NCBI GenBank assembly: GCA_003284275.1
Contig: QBVU01000005.1
Coordinates: forward strand, 955-64,954
DNA length: 64,000 nt
Direction: 5' to 3'
DNA from: Pelagibacteraceae bacterium AG-313-A04
Lineage (GTDB): Bacteria > Pseudomonadota > Alphaproteobacteria > Pelagibacterales > Pelagibacteraceae
Positions 21,035 to 31,037 of the stretch are shown here, one piece after another (positions within the stretch are counted from its first letter, which is position 1; every line of letters starts with the position of its first letter). Position numbers and translations under genes: made by a program. The notes below the pieces were generated by a model. The model did not search any database, was not told where the DNA came from, and saw only the letters and a list, made by a program, of their open reading frames with translations.

Positions 21035-22114
21035 ATGATGCAGAATAACCAAGCTATTCCTTTTAATAAAGAAAATTTTAAACAGATATTTTCAATACCG
21101 TTTATATCTGTCATCATAATATCAATACCAAGTGCTATAATTGCTGAATATTTTAATATTCCTTTAGCCTGGTTCTTAGGACCAATGCTAATAACTTCTT
21201 TAGCCTCATTAATGGGTCTTAAAACTAAAATGCCAAGGTTAGTATTGTCCTCTATATTGATAATTCTTGGTCTTTATATTGGTAACTACATAGATAAAGA
21301 TTTATTCAGTCAAATGCAGGATTGGATCTGGACCTCTTTTATTATGTTAATTTACATAATTCTAAGTGTGCTAATCGTTTCAAAATATTTAGAAAAGTTT
21401 TCTAAATATGAGAAAAAAACATCTATATTTTCAGCGGCACCAGGTGCGTTAGGACCACTGATGATATTAGCTGAAGATGCAAAAACAGACTTAAGCCAAG
21501 TAGCAACTTCTCATCTAATAAGATTAATTATAATAATTACATTCTTTCCTTTTATCGTAAATAGTTTTTACGATGTAGATAGCATAAATATTTCTGAAGA
21601 GATAATTGCTAGTCAAAATTTTTATCACTTAATGATTTTGATTGTATCGTCGATAATTTTAGTTTTCTTCTTTGAAAAGATAAAAGTTCCTGCTGCTCTT
21701 TTGACAGGCACTTTAGTGGCAAGTGGTTTATTGCAAATTACAGAAGTTGCAAGTTATCAAATATCTCCTAACGTAATCGATTTTTGTTTATTAATTTTAG
21801 GGTCTTCAGTTGGGTGTAGATTTGCTGATAAAACATTTAGTGAGATTGGGAGAAATGCTTTACATAGTTTTGTAGCAACTTTCTTGTTAGTTATTTTAGG
21901 TGTTTGTGCAGCAGTGATAGCAGGATTAGTAATTGATAAAAACTTTTTTACTTTACTTTTATCATATTGCCCTGGAGGAATCTATGAAGTTGCAGTAATA
22001 GCGATTTTCTTTGATCTAGATCCTGAGTTTGTATCATTTCATCATATTATAAGATTGCTTATGATTTTATTTGTAGTTCCAGTAATATTGAAAATAATTT
22101 CCAAAAAAGCCTAA
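21035..22114 (+). CDS. AbrB family membrane protein (AbrB duplication)
   Basis: P..WFLGPM, FSAAPG, LLSYCPGG..E, FVSFHHIIR; duplicated membrane domain. Confidence 0.8.
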   Translation: MMQNNQAIPFNKENFKQIFSIPFISVIIISIPSAIIAEYFNIPLAWFLGPMLITSLASLMGLKTKMPRLVLSSILIILGLYIGNYIDKDLFSQMQDWIWTSFIMLIYIILSVLIVSKYLEKFSKYEKKTSIFSAAPGALGPLMILAEDAKTDLSQVATSHLIRLIIIITFFPFIVNSFYDVDSINISEEIIASQNFYHLMILIVSSIILVFFFEKIKVPAALLTGTLVASGLLQITEVASYQISPNVIDFCLLILGSSVGCRFADKTFSEIGRNALHSFVATFLLVILGVCAAVIAGLVIDKNFFTLLLSYCPGGIYEVAVIAIFFDLDPEFVSFHHIIRLLMILFVVPVILKIISKKA

Positions 22115-22131
22115 ATTAAACTCATCTGTTT

Positions 22132-22165
22132 TTGACTCATTTACTGCAATTAAGTACAAATTTAT
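22132..22165 (+). promoter_or_regulatory. Putative leaderless sigma70 promoter of the DoxX gene
   Basis: TTGACT-17nt-TACAAA-5nt-ATG; no SD. Confidence 0.45.
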
Positions 22166-22552
22166 ATGGCAAATCTAATTGACTTTCTTGGAAGACTTCT
22201 AATCTCCGCTTTATTTTTGATTTCAGCTTATAATAAAATCTTTAGTATCGATGGTACAATGAGCTGGATGGAAGGGTTTGGGGTACCAGGATTTTTATTA
22301 TATCCAACTATAGCTTTAGAAATTATTTTACCTTTATTTGTCATAATTGGATATCAAGCAAGAGTTTCTGCAGGTCTTCTTACAATTTTCTGTATAGCAA
22401 CTGCATTTTTATTTCACTTCGACTTTGTTGATCAAATGCAAACTACCGCATTCCTTAAAAACTTAGGATTAGCTGGTGGATTTTTATTTATCGTAGCAAA
22501 TGGAACGAAAGATTGGTCGATTGATAAAGAAAAAAAATATGTGAGACTATAA
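22166..22552 (+). CDS. DoxX family membrane protein
   Basis: GRLLISALFL, FLKNLGLAGG; 4 TM. Confidence 0.88.
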   Translation: MANLIDFLGRLLISALFLISAYNKIFSIDGTMSWMEGFGVPGFLLYPTIALEIILPLFVIIGYQARVSAGLLTIFCIATAFLFHFDFVDQMQTTAFLKNLGLAGGFLFIVANGTKDWSIDKEKKYVRL

Positions 22553-22583
22553 AAAAAACCCACCTAAGTTAGGTGGGTTTTTT
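22551..22583. terminator. Bidirectional intrinsic terminator
   Basis: aaaaaaaaCCCACCTAAgTTAGGTGGGtttttt between convergent genes. Confidence 0.9.
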
Positions 22584-22604
22584 AATTCGGTATTTTTTTA
22601 ACTT

Positions 22605-23255
22605 TTAAAATTTATATCCGACTGAAAACTTAACAGCAATGTCTTCTAATTCTGCTTCGACTTTATTTCCTGCTGTTGCAGTAGCTTCATAGTCTTCAAA
22701 ATTAGTGTACGTAGCTTCAGCTTTGTAATAAAGATTATTACCAAACGCTAAATCGCCTTTAGTTCCCAAACCGAGAGTGTACCCTAGAAGTTCTTCATCT
22801 GGATATGTTGATCCAGAGTTTAAAGATTCTAATGTAACTAATGTAACATGTTGCACACCAACTTTAGCATAGATATCATATCCACGTATAGATAGGGCTG
22901 TAGGTATATCTGCATATATCTGAACCACATCATCTAATTCTGCTTCTGCTGTATATGTTCCTGTGTCACCGCCTGAGTTTGAGTCAGAACGAGATTCACT
23001 ACCAACATCTCTAGTAGGTATGTACGAAATACCTATAGCGCCACCGTTATCATAAACAACTTCAACAAATAATTCTGGAACTGCAACCTGATCAGAGTGC
23101 GACCCTGAATTTTTTTGGTTACTTGTTCTAGTTGTTTCTGTTCCAGTTGCATCAAACATGTGAATAGCACCGGTCAATCCCATTCCGATATCAGCTTTGA
23201 CTGATTGAAATGATATAAATAGAAAAGATAACAAAATTGTTATAACTTTTTTCAT
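22605..23255 (-). CDS. Outer-membrane beta-barrel protein
   Basis: Signal peptide (..SVKA), alternating beta strands, C-terminal FSVGYKF beta-signal. Confidence 0.8.
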   Translation of the reverse strand: MKKVITILLSFLFISFQSVKADIGMGLTGAIHMFDATGTETTRTSNQKNSGSHSDQVAVPELFVEVVYDNGGAIGISYIPTRDVGSESRSDSNSGGDTGTYTAEAELDDVVQIYADIPTALSIRGYDIYAKVGVQHVTLVTLESLNSGSTYPDEELLGYTLGLGTKGDLAFGNNLYYKAEATYTNFEDYEATATAGNKVEAELEDIAVKFSVGYKF

Positions 23256-23396
23256 TATTTACCTTATTTATTAATTTATAAATTAACGTTGAGTACAATT
23301 AACATAATAGAGTGTGCCGTCAACGCAAAAAAAAACCACTTATAATCAGAAAATGCCGAAATACCTATCTTTTTAAGTGATATTTTTACCACACAT

Positions 23397-24899
23397 CTAT
23401 TTTTTAAGAGATTTATAACTACTAAAAATTTGCCAAAAAACGATTAGTAGAATCGTTATCATTATACAAATAGTTAATGGTCTATCCCAAAGAAAAGACC
23501 AAGATCCATCGCTAATTAAAAGGGACCTTCTTAAGTTTTCTTCCATTAAGCCACCTAATACAAAAGCTAAGATTAGAGGTGGCATTGGAAAATCATACAG
23601 TCTTAATATTGTAGCGACAACTGCGATACCAATCATCAAAAAAATATCAAAATTATTAAATGACATTAGATAAATTCCAGTAACTGAGAAAAATAAAATC
23701 ATAGGTATTAAGAATGTCCTTGGAACTGCAAGGATTCTTGCAATGTATGGGATTAAAGGAAGATTAAGAATTAATAGAACAACCATACCTATGTACATAG
23801 ACATAATAACTGACCAAAAAATATCTGGATTGGTTTCATATAATCTTGGCCCTGGTTGAATACCGAAACCTAATAAGGCGCCAAGCATTACCGCTGTGGT
23901 TCCACTTCCTGGAATACCCAATGTTAATAATGGCACGAAAGATCCTGAACACGCTGCATTATTTGCAGTCTCCGGTGCAGATAAACCTTGCACACTTCCT
24001 TTTCCAAATTTTTCTTTTTCCTCTCTTTTTACAAAGTTTCTTTCCATTCCATATGCCAGAAAAGATGCAATTGTTGCTCCTGCTCCAGGCAATACACCAA
24101 TAATAAATCCAAGTATAGATGAACGAGGAATAGTCGCTGCCATCTGCTTTGTCTCTTCCTTAGATACTCTTATAGACCCAAGATCTGTTAATGAAATTTG
24201 TTTTGCAGCTTTTGAAGGATCGTTTCCTTTTATGATAATAGTTAAAGCTTCACTCATCGCAAAAGTTGCCATTACTACTAAAACGAAGCTTATTCCATCT
24301 GATAAATTCATAGTATTGAATGTGAATCTTGGAATATCAGATAAAGTATCTTGACCGACCGATGCTAACATTAATCCTAAAATACACATCATCATAGCTT
24401 TCAAGAAATTTCCTTTTGAAGAAAAAGCAGCAACTGCGGTTAATCCGAGTATCATTAAACCAAAATAATCCGGCGATCTAAAAGATAAACTTACTTTTGA
24501 TAGACTTGGTGCAGCAATTAATAAAAAAATTGCTGAAATTGTTCCTCCTGCAAAAGAACTATAGGCGGCAATAGCTAGAGCTTTACCTGCTTTACCTTGT
24601 TGTGCCATAGGGTAACCATCAAATGAGGTTGCTACGGTTCCGGGGACACCAGGCGCATTAATTAAGATGGATGAAGTAGAACCACCAAATACCGCTCCAT
24701 AATAAACTCCAGCCATCAAAATTAAACCAGTAGCAGGATCAAAGCCATAAGTAATCGGTATCATAAGTGCGATTGCTGTCATTGGTCCTAAACCAGGAAG
24801 CATTCCAATAATAGTTCCAGCAAAACACCCAATCATAACCATCATTAGGTTCTGAAAAGACAAAGCAGTTTTTAGTCCAATTAATATCCCTTCGATCAT
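23397..24899 (-). CDS. tctA: Tripartite tricarboxylate transporter large permease
   Basis: GMLPGLG, YYGAVFGGS, PETANNAA, PLLTLGIPG. Confidence 0.93.
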   Translation of the reverse strand: MIEGILIGLKTALSFQNLMMVMIGCFAGTIIGMLPGLGPMTAIALMIPITYGFDPATGLILMAGVYYGAVFGGSTSSILINAPGVPGTVATSFDGYPMAQQGKAGKALAIAAYSSFAGGTISAIFLLIAAPSLSKVSLSFRSPDYFGLMILGLTAVAAFSSKGNFLKAMMMCILGLMLASVGQDTLSDIPRFTFNTMNLSDGISFVLVVMATFAMSEALTIIIKGNDPSKAAKQISLTDLGSIRVSKEETKQMAATIPRSSILGFIIGVLPGAGATIASFLAYGMERNFVKREEKEKFGKGSVQGLSAPETANNAACSGSFVPLLTLGIPGSGTTAVMLGALLGFGIQPGPRLYETNPDIFWSVIMSMYIGMVVLLILNLPLIPYIARILAVPRTFLIPMILFFSVTGIYLMSFNNFDIFLMIGIAVVATILRLYDFPMPPLILAFVLGGLMEENLRRSLLISDGSWSFLWDRPLTICIMITILLIVFWQIFSSYKSLKK

Positions 24900-25366
24900 C
24901 CCATTATTCCTATATATTTTAATAATGGATCTCTAAGGTAGACGGCTAATACCCCATGCAAGAGATACATAAATATTGCAACGAATGGAAAAGAAAAAAT
25001 AATTATGAATTTCCATCTTCTCTCTCCTAAAAAATAGTATGAAAAGACTAGAAAAAGTGAAGTTGATAAAAAGAAACCAACTTTAAGAATCGTAGCTCCA
25101 TAAACAATCATCGTAAGTACCAATAAAATTGTCTTTTTAAATTCTAAATATGTAGGATCCACCTCTATTGGCTTTTGATCTGGTAAAACAATTTTAAGAC
25201 CAGAGAAAAACATGCCTGCATAACCTAAATAAATTGGAAAGGTTTTGGCATTAAACGGCGCACCTTCATCGAAGGCAAAAACTTGTATTTGATGGGCAGT
25301 ATATAAATAAAATGCTGATAAAATAAAGAAGAGCAGCGAAATAATTTTTACTGAATTTATTTTCAC
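24896..25366 (-). CDS. tctB: Tripartite tricarboxylate transporter small permease (GTG start)
   Basis: 4 TM, FP motif, located between tctC and tctA. Confidence 0.85.
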   Translation of the reverse strand: MKINSVKIISLLFFILSAFYLYTAHQIQVFAFDEGAPFNAKTFPIYLGYAGMFFSGLKIVLPDQKPIEVDPTYLEFKKTILLVLTMIVYGATILKVGFFLSTSLFLVFSYYFLGERRWKFIIIFSFPFVAIFMYLLHGVLAVYLRDPLLKYIGIMG

Positions 25367-25389
25367 TGCTCTACCTGTAAGTTAACTAA

Positions 25390-26370
25390 CTAGATAACAC
25401 CTAGTTTTTTCATTAACTTTGTCATTTCTTTTGTTTGTTTTTTTAAGAAACTGTCAAATTTACTACCTGGATTATAAATATTTACCCAAGCGTTTCTTTT
25501 TCTAACTGTTTCCCATTCTGGAGTTTTTTGAACATCACCTAACATTTTGGCAATCTTCTTAACATCTCCACTTGGCATACTCTTAGGAGCAAAGAAACCT
25601 CTCCAGTTAACAAACTGAACATCATATCCTTGTTCTTTTAGAGTTGGAACTTCAGGAGCATCACCTACTCTTTTAGGAGCTGTAATACCAATAATTCTTA
25701 CTTGGTCTCTAGCACCCATTACTTCTCCTAAGCCAGTTGAAAGAATTTGAGTTTCTCCAGATAAAAGTCCAGCTAAAGCTTTACCGCCAGCATCGTAAGG
25801 TACATACACTACATTATTAGGGTTTGCTCCAGCTTCTTGAAATGCAAGTGCACCAATTAAATGGTCCATGCTACCTCTTACAGAACCGCCAGCCATTTTA
25901 ATTGACTTAGGATTTTTTTTGTAAGCATCCACTACATCTTTAAAGTTTTTGTATGGTGAATTTTTAGCAACTGCGATTGCGCCGTAGTCACCAATTACAC
26001 CAGCGATTGGCTTAACATCTTTATAAGATAAAACACCAGATCCTTTTACATAACCTTTATGTCTTGTGATTGATCTCAATACTAAAGGTGTTGATTGAAC
26101 TAATACTGTGCCTTCTGGCTTAGTATTAATTATGTATGATAGAGCTTTTCCTCCACCACCGCCTGACATATTTTCATATGAAGCACTTTTTAACATACCA
26201 GCTTTAGTTAAAGCTTCACCAGTTCCTCTAGCAGTTCCATCCCAACCACCACCAGCACCACCGCCGATAATGAAGTGTAACTTATCGACTGCGAAACTAG
26301 TTGTTGAGATTGAAGTTAAAAGAACAGTTGTGAAAACTAAGCTAATTAATTTTTTCAAATTATTAAACAT
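25390..26370 (-). CDS. tctC: Tripartite tricarboxylate transporter substrate-binding protein
   Basis: GAGGGWDGTAR, N.SGGGG, YVPYDAGG, VPTLKEQG, NWRG. Confidence 0.92.
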   Translation of the reverse strand: MFNNLKKLISLVFTTVLLTSISTTSFAVDKLHFIIGGGAGGGWDGTARGTGEALTKAGMLKSASYENMSGGGGGKALSYIINTKPEGTVLVQSTPLVLRSITRHKGYVKGSGVLSYKDVKPIAGVIGDYGAIAVAKNSPYKNFKDVVDAYKKNPKSIKMAGGSVRGSMDHLIGALAFQEAGANPNNVVYVPYDAGGKALAGLLSGETQILSTGLGEVMGARDQVRIIGITAPKRVGDAPEVPTLKEQGYDVQFVNWRGFFAPKSMPSGDVKKIAKMLGDVQKTPEWETVRKRNAWVNIYNPGSKFDSFLKKQTKEMTKLMKKLGVI

Positions 26371-26433
26371 ATTATTTCCCTCTGTTAATTAATTAAATTA
26401 CGTTATTAAAATAAAAATACTATTGAGAGTCAA
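26371..26433 (-). promoter_or_regulatory. Putative sigma70 promoter plus conserved SBP leader of tctC
   Basis: TTGACT(26433-26428)-17nt-TTTAAT(26410-26405); TTAATTAATTAAC at 26396-26384; SD AGAGGGAAA. Confidence 0.6.
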
Positions 26434-26460
26434 CAACATATATTTTTATAATGATTAAAA

Positions 26461-27357
26461 TTAGTGAAAAAAAGTTCCTCTAATTCTCAATAATTCTCTA
26501 GATAACCCAGAATGTTCTTTAAATGCTTTTCTACCGTGTAACCAGAAATAATTATTAGAAAAAATTGTTGATCCTACTGGTAATGGAAAACTTATTTTAT
26601 TTTTACTCTCCTCAAGTGCATCAGAAAGTTTTTGAAGGAAAAGACCTTGTTGCATATTTTTTGGCTCTGGGAATTGGTCAATATAAGAAATTATTGGTTT
26701 ACCATTCTTATCTGTTGAAAATACTGGATGTTCAACTTTATATTCAACATTCTTACTTTTTGGTGAACCCCATGTAAAATTTTGTTGTCCAATAGGATCA
26801 TTGCTTAGGTCATTTAAATGTTCCCAGTCATCTAAATGGAGAATAACACTTTCTCCCCCGCTAACATTATTTTCTTCCATTTTAGTCATTATCAACCAAT
26901 CAGTTTTCTCTTTGACATAAGTTCCATCGGTATGGAGATCTAAATTCGTATAAGCTTTTCTAAGGTAAGAGTCGCTGCTATCTTGATGCTTTACATGAAA
27001 TCGTGCATAGTATTTACCTGTCATAGAGTCAAAGTTTGGATTTCCAATTAAATAAGCAAGGCCAGTTGATAGTTTCACAAGAAAGTCTTTATTAAATTTT
27101 TTATTATTAATTTCGGGCTCTATAATGGCAGTCCCTGTTTTACGATCATTTAATATCTCGTTTAAAGTTTTGCTTAATTTGTTTTCAAAAACTTCGTCTA
27201 AACTTTTAGCCAAGCTAAATCTCGAAAAGGGTTTATACTCTAATGATAAAATAGTATGTTTTTTAAAAGGAAAAACCAACCTTTCTAAATCACTCTCTTT
27301 TAATTTAATAACACGTACTCTTTTAGAATTTTGATGATCAGATATTGCAAAATTCAT
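26461..27357 (-). CDS. csiD: Glutarate 2-hydroxylase (Fe(II)/2-oxoglutarate dioxygenase CsiD/GlaH)
   Basis: NFDSMTGKYYARF, DSYLRK, LHTDGTYV (HxD), LHLDDW, NN.FWLHGR, RELLR.RG. Confidence 0.88.
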   Translation of the reverse strand: MNFAISDHQNSKRVRVIKLKESDLERLVFPFKKHTILSLEYKPFSRFSLAKSLDEVFENKLSKTLNEILNDRKTGTAIIEPEINNKKFNKDFLVKLSTGLAYLIGNPNFDSMTGKYYARFHVKHQDSSDSYLRKAYTNLDLHTDGTYVKEKTDWLIMTKMEENNVSGGESVILHLDDWEHLNDLSNDPIGQQNFTWGSPKSKNVEYKVEHPVFSTDKNGKPIISYIDQFPEPKNMQQGLFLQKLSDALEESKNKISFPLPVGSTIFSNNYFWLHGRKAFKEHSGLSRELLRIRGTFFH

Positions 27358-27440
27358 AAATAAATTATTCTATCGTCCCAGCTATCCACAACATAATGAA
27401 TACTAATAAAATTGGTTCCATTTTAAAATTTTAACATAAT

Positions 27441-27767
27441 TTAAAAGTTAGTCAAAACTCCTAAAAGAACTGCGGAGATAATTGTTGGAATTACTAAATT
27501 TTTTTTAGTAATGATAAATAAAACGATACAGGAAATTAAAACTATCAATCTAATAGTTAAATCAGAGTCTGCAAGCACTCCAGCCGGAAATACAATCATT
27601 CTTCCTAATAAAGCTGCTAAAGTTGAGTAAGCCACACAGTTAAACCATTGAAAAATTTTAGAGTTGACGCTTACTTTTTCAGAAGTCAGTGCGCCCATAA
27701 AACGAGAGATAAAAGTAGCAACGGATGTAACTAAAATTGCAAGAATTATTAATTGACTACTTGCCAT
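27441..27767 (-). CDS. azlD: AzlD family membrane protein
   Basis: Small hydrophobic protein after AzlC; start placed at ATG 27767 (MASSQ), preceded by GGAGG. Confidence 0.75.
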   Translation of the reverse strand: MASSQLIILAILVTSVATFISRFMGALTSEKVSVNSKIFQWFNCVAYSTLAALLGRMIVFPAGVLADSDLTIRLIVLISCIVLFIITKKNLVIPTIISAVLLGVLTNF

Positions 27768-28461
27768 TTTTTCCTCCAAATAAAAAAGCAATAGTTCCCG
27801 CTATAAGACCGGAAAATAATAATGTCCATTCTGTAGAAAATAAATAAATTACTGGACCTAATACAGTTCCTCCGATAACAGCAATTGAAATACTTAAATT
27901 TTTCATTGCACCAATCATCATACAAAAGAAATAAACTGGGTTAACTATAGCAAGCCCAATTAACATTTCTTTATTGAGGTAGTCCGCAGACAGATAACCG
28001 ATCACAGTCATCAGAATTGCTGTAGACCAAGTGCCTATTCCTATTCCAATCCAAAAATCTATTCGATGTTTTTTATCTATTTTTTTATAGCCATCTTTTG
28101 CAATTAACCAAGACGTTACTGCTAAAAAATGACAAGATAAATAATATTTCCATTTTGGTTGTGACTTATGATCAAGTAATGGAAATAGAGAAACTGTCAT
28201 GGGATAAAGTCTAAAATTAACTAACCATACAGCTATAAAAATATTTATAATTGAAGCTCCAACTAAAAGCGACTCGGCCATAACTAATTGGCCAGGTAAA
28301 GCATAAGTAAATAAACTTGAAGCGGCGCTTTGTTGAATATTAAATCCAGCATCTTTTAATAAAGCTCCAAGAGCAATGAAACAAGCAGCTAGTGGGAGAG
28401 CTGGGCTTCTTGAACCTTTTAAAGATTTTAAACCTGTTAGAAATACTTTTAAATTAATCAT
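27757..28461 (-). CDS. azlC: AzlC family amino-acid exporter
   Basis: YALPGQLV, VWLVNFR..PM; multi-TM. Confidence 0.8.
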   Translation of the reverse strand: MINLKVFLTGLKSLKGSRSPALPLAACFIALGALLKDAGFNIQQSAASSLFTYALPGQLVMAESLLVGASIINIFIAVWLVNFRLYPMTVSLFPLLDHKSQPKWKYYLSCHFLAVTSWLIAKDGYKKIDKKHRIDFWIGIGIGTWSTAILMTVIGYLSADYLNKEMLIGLAIVNPVYFFCMMIGAMKNLSISIAVIGGTVLGPVIYLFSTEWTLLFSGLIAGTIAFLFGGKNGK

Positions 28462-29243
28462 CCACCTAGGAATAGTCTTCCTACGTCTGAATTTTTTAAA
28501 AGATCATCACCTTTGCCTGCGATAGCAGTTTGTCCAGAAACTAAAACGTAACCAATATCAGCAAATTCTAACCCTTTTTTTGCATTTTGCTCTACAAGTA
28601 TTATTGTTTTCTTTTCAGTTTTTTGCAGATCTTCTAAAATTTCAAAAACCATATTTATATATTTTGGTTCTAAACCAATTGACGGTTCGTCTACTAATAA
28701 TACAGAAGGTTTCATGACTAATGCCCTTGAGATTTCTAACAATCTTCTTTCACCGCCAGATAAAACTTTAGCGGGTTGGTTTCTTCTATTTCTTAATCTT
28801 TCATATTTTTGAAAAATTCTCTCAGCTTCCTCATAAGCTTCGTCTTGCTTATCTTTAATATATCCACCCATTAAAAGATTTTCTTCGACTGTCATATCTG
28901 GAAACACTGAGTTATCTTGCAAAATATAAGCGATACCAACTTTGCTTAATTTTTGAGCTGGAGTTAATTTGGTTATCTCATTTCCCTCTAATTCAATTTT
29001 TCCGTCAAATATATTTGTGAAACCATAAATCGAATGAAGTATTGTTGATTTTCCCGCGCCATTAGGTCCTATTAAACACAATGATTGTGCCTTACTAACT
29101 GTTAAATCAAAATTATGAAGTATCTCCATCTTCCCGTAGCCTGCGCTTAAACCTCTGATGGTTAAATGAACATCGTTTGGAGATAGTTTGTTTAAGTCTT
29201 CTAAACCAGGCGCTTTACCTAAAACATCATATTGATTTGCCAT
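28458..29243 (-). CDS. livF: LIV-type ABC transporter ATP-binding protein (second system)
   Basis: GPNGAGKST, LSGGERR, DEPSIGL, LVEQN. Confidence 0.88.
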   Translation of the reverse strand: MANQYDVLGKAPGLEDLNKLSPNDVHLTIRGLSAGYGKMEILHNFDLTVSKAQSLCLIGPNGAGKSTILHSIYGFTNIFDGKIELEGNEITKLTPAQKLSKVGIAYILQDNSVFPDMTVEENLLMGGYIKDKQDEAYEEAERIFQKYERLRNRRNQPAKVLSGGERRLLEISRALVMKPSVLLVDEPSIGLEPKYINMVFEILEDLQKTEKKTIILVEQNAKKGLEFADIGYVLVSGQTAIAGKGDDLLKNSDVGRLFLGG

Positions 29244-29977
29244 TATTGAGCTCCTAAATAAGCATCAACTACTCGCTTATCATTTTTAATTTGATCAGGT
29301 GATCCCTCTGCTAACATTTTTCCATGAGCTAAACAGAATATTTTTTGCGCTAAACTCATAATCACTTTCATATTGTGCTCTATAACTAATAAAGTTATTC
29401 CATACTCTTTGTTAATTGTGATCAATCTATCTATTATTCCATTGATTAAAGTTGGGTTAATTCCAGCTGTAGGCTCATCTAATAAAAGCATTTTAGGTTC
29501 ATTCATTAAAGCCATTGCTAATTCTAGTAATTTTTGTTGTCCAAATGATAGATCCCCTGCTCTTAAATTTCTTTTTTGGTAAAGACCTACAAAGTTTAAA
29601 AGAGTTTCTGCTTTCTCTGTAAGTTCAGCAGGTACTTTTGCGAAAATAAATCCAGAATCACTTGCTTTATGACTTATAAGCATATTCTCAACACAATTAA
29701 GCTTTGAATAAATTCTTGTTTGTTGAAAAGTTCTTAACAAGCCAAGTTTAGCTACTGCTGGAACAGGCATTTCTGATACCTCTGTATTATCAAAAACTAT
29801 AGATCCTTTATCTATTGGATGAGTTCCTACTATAGAATTAAATAGAGTAGTTTTACCTGAACCATTAGGTCCTATTAGACCAACAATTGATCCTTGTTCT
29901 ACCGCAACAGAAATATCTACGTTGGCTTGCACACCGCCGAAAGATTTACTTACACTTTTAACTTCTAAAATACTCAT
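29243..29977 (-). CDS. livG: LIV-type ABC transporter ATP-binding protein (second system)
   Basis: GPNGSGKTT, RTFQ, LSFGQQKLLE, IEHNM. Confidence 0.88.
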   Translation of the reverse strand: MSILEVKSVSKSFGGVQANVDISVAVEQGSIVGLIGPNGSGKTTLFNSIVGTHPIDKGSIVFDNTEVSEMPVPAVAKLGLLRTFQQTRIYSKLNCVENMLISHKASDSGFIFAKVPAELTEKAETLLNFVGLYQKRNLRAGDLSFGQQKLLELAMALMNEPKMLLLDEPTAGINPTLINGIIDRLITINKEYGITLLVIEHNMKVIMSLAQKIFCLAHGKMLAEGSPDQIKNDKRVVDAYLGAQ

Positions 29978-31029
29978 TTTATTTCCACCTGTGCTTTACG
30001 ATCTTTTTCATCAATTACTTCACCAAATCTATCAGGGTATTTTTCTCTTAACCAACCCATCAATCCTTCTGGGAAATAAACTACGATCACAACAATTAAA
30101 ACTCCAAGCGCAACATATTGCCAACCCAAAATGAAAGTCCAAAGACCTTCTTTGAAAAAATGGAATAAGGTTGCACCAATTACTGGTCCCCATAAAGTTC
30201 CTTTACCACCGAGTATTGCCATAAGAACCATGAATACTCCCATCTCTCTTCCATCAAACGCAACGTCAGTGGAGTCTATATATCCAATTAGTCCCCCCAT
30301 AATTCCACCAGCAAGACCACAGAAAAATGCAGAGCACATCCAACCAACAATTTTATATTTCATTGTTTGAATGCCCATGGCTTCTGCTTTGTCCTCGTTA
30401 TCTCTTATCGCATTTAAAATTAATCTAAATCTAGAGCCGTAAATATATTTCACAAACATAAATGCTAGAACTAATACTAAAAAACTTAAGAAATAGAAAA
30501 ATTGCCCTCTTGCTTCAGGATCAACTATTTCTGCTGGGAAAGGTGGAGTAGTGAAGCCTTGACCTGCGCCAATAATTTCTATCCCTCCAGCGATTTCACC
30601 TGCTGCAATTCCTAAACCTAAAGTACAAATCGCAAAGTAATGACCTCTTAAACCTAAAATAGCATAACCAATCGCACCAGCAACAATTGTAGGAACAATA
30701 GCTGCAACTAACAACCCGACGCCTATTCCTTGAAAATATTGCGCTGTAGTATGTACAAAAGTTTTTTCTCCACCACTTTCTGTCCATTCTGCTAACGGGA
30801 AAAACATACCTACTTGAACTGAAGCAGTAAGATACATTCCAAGACCATAGAAAAGAATGTTTCCAAAAGAGTTGTAGCCCATTTCTCCGCCTTGTAAATT
30901 CCAAGTCATCGCTAGAACGATCAAGACGCAAAGATACGTAAGCTGAACTTTAAAAGCAGAGAATAAGAAAGGTGCAGCTAAACCTAGGATAATTAGACCA
31001 GAATATAAAATTAAATCTTTTTGTTTCAT
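29974..31029 (-). CDS. livM: LIV-type ABC transporter permease (second system)
   Basis: LRGHYFAICTLG, AIRDNE, LGGKGTLWGPVIG. Confidence 0.88.
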   Translation of the reverse strand: MKQKDLILYSGLIILGLAAPFLFSAFKVQLTYLCVLIVLAMTWNLQGGEMGYNSFGNILFYGLGMYLTASVQVGMFFPLAEWTESGGEKTFVHTTAQYFQGIGVGLLVAAIVPTIVAGAIGYAILGLRGHYFAICTLGLGIAAGEIAGGIEIIGAGQGFTTPPFPAEIVDPEARGQFFYFLSFLVLVLAFMFVKYIYGSRFRLILNAIRDNEDKAEAMGIQTMKYKIVGWMCSAFFCGLAGGIMGGLIGYIDSTDVAFDGREMGVFMVLMAILGGKGTLWGPVIGATLFHFFKEGLWTFILGWQYVALGVLIVVIVVYFPEGLMGWLREKYPDRFGEVIDEKDRKAQVEIK

Positions 31030-31037
31030 TTTTAATG

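Noticed and set aside
27382-27390. CTATCCACA upstream of csiD resembling a DnaA box
   Set aside because: Single copy with a mismatch and no oriC context
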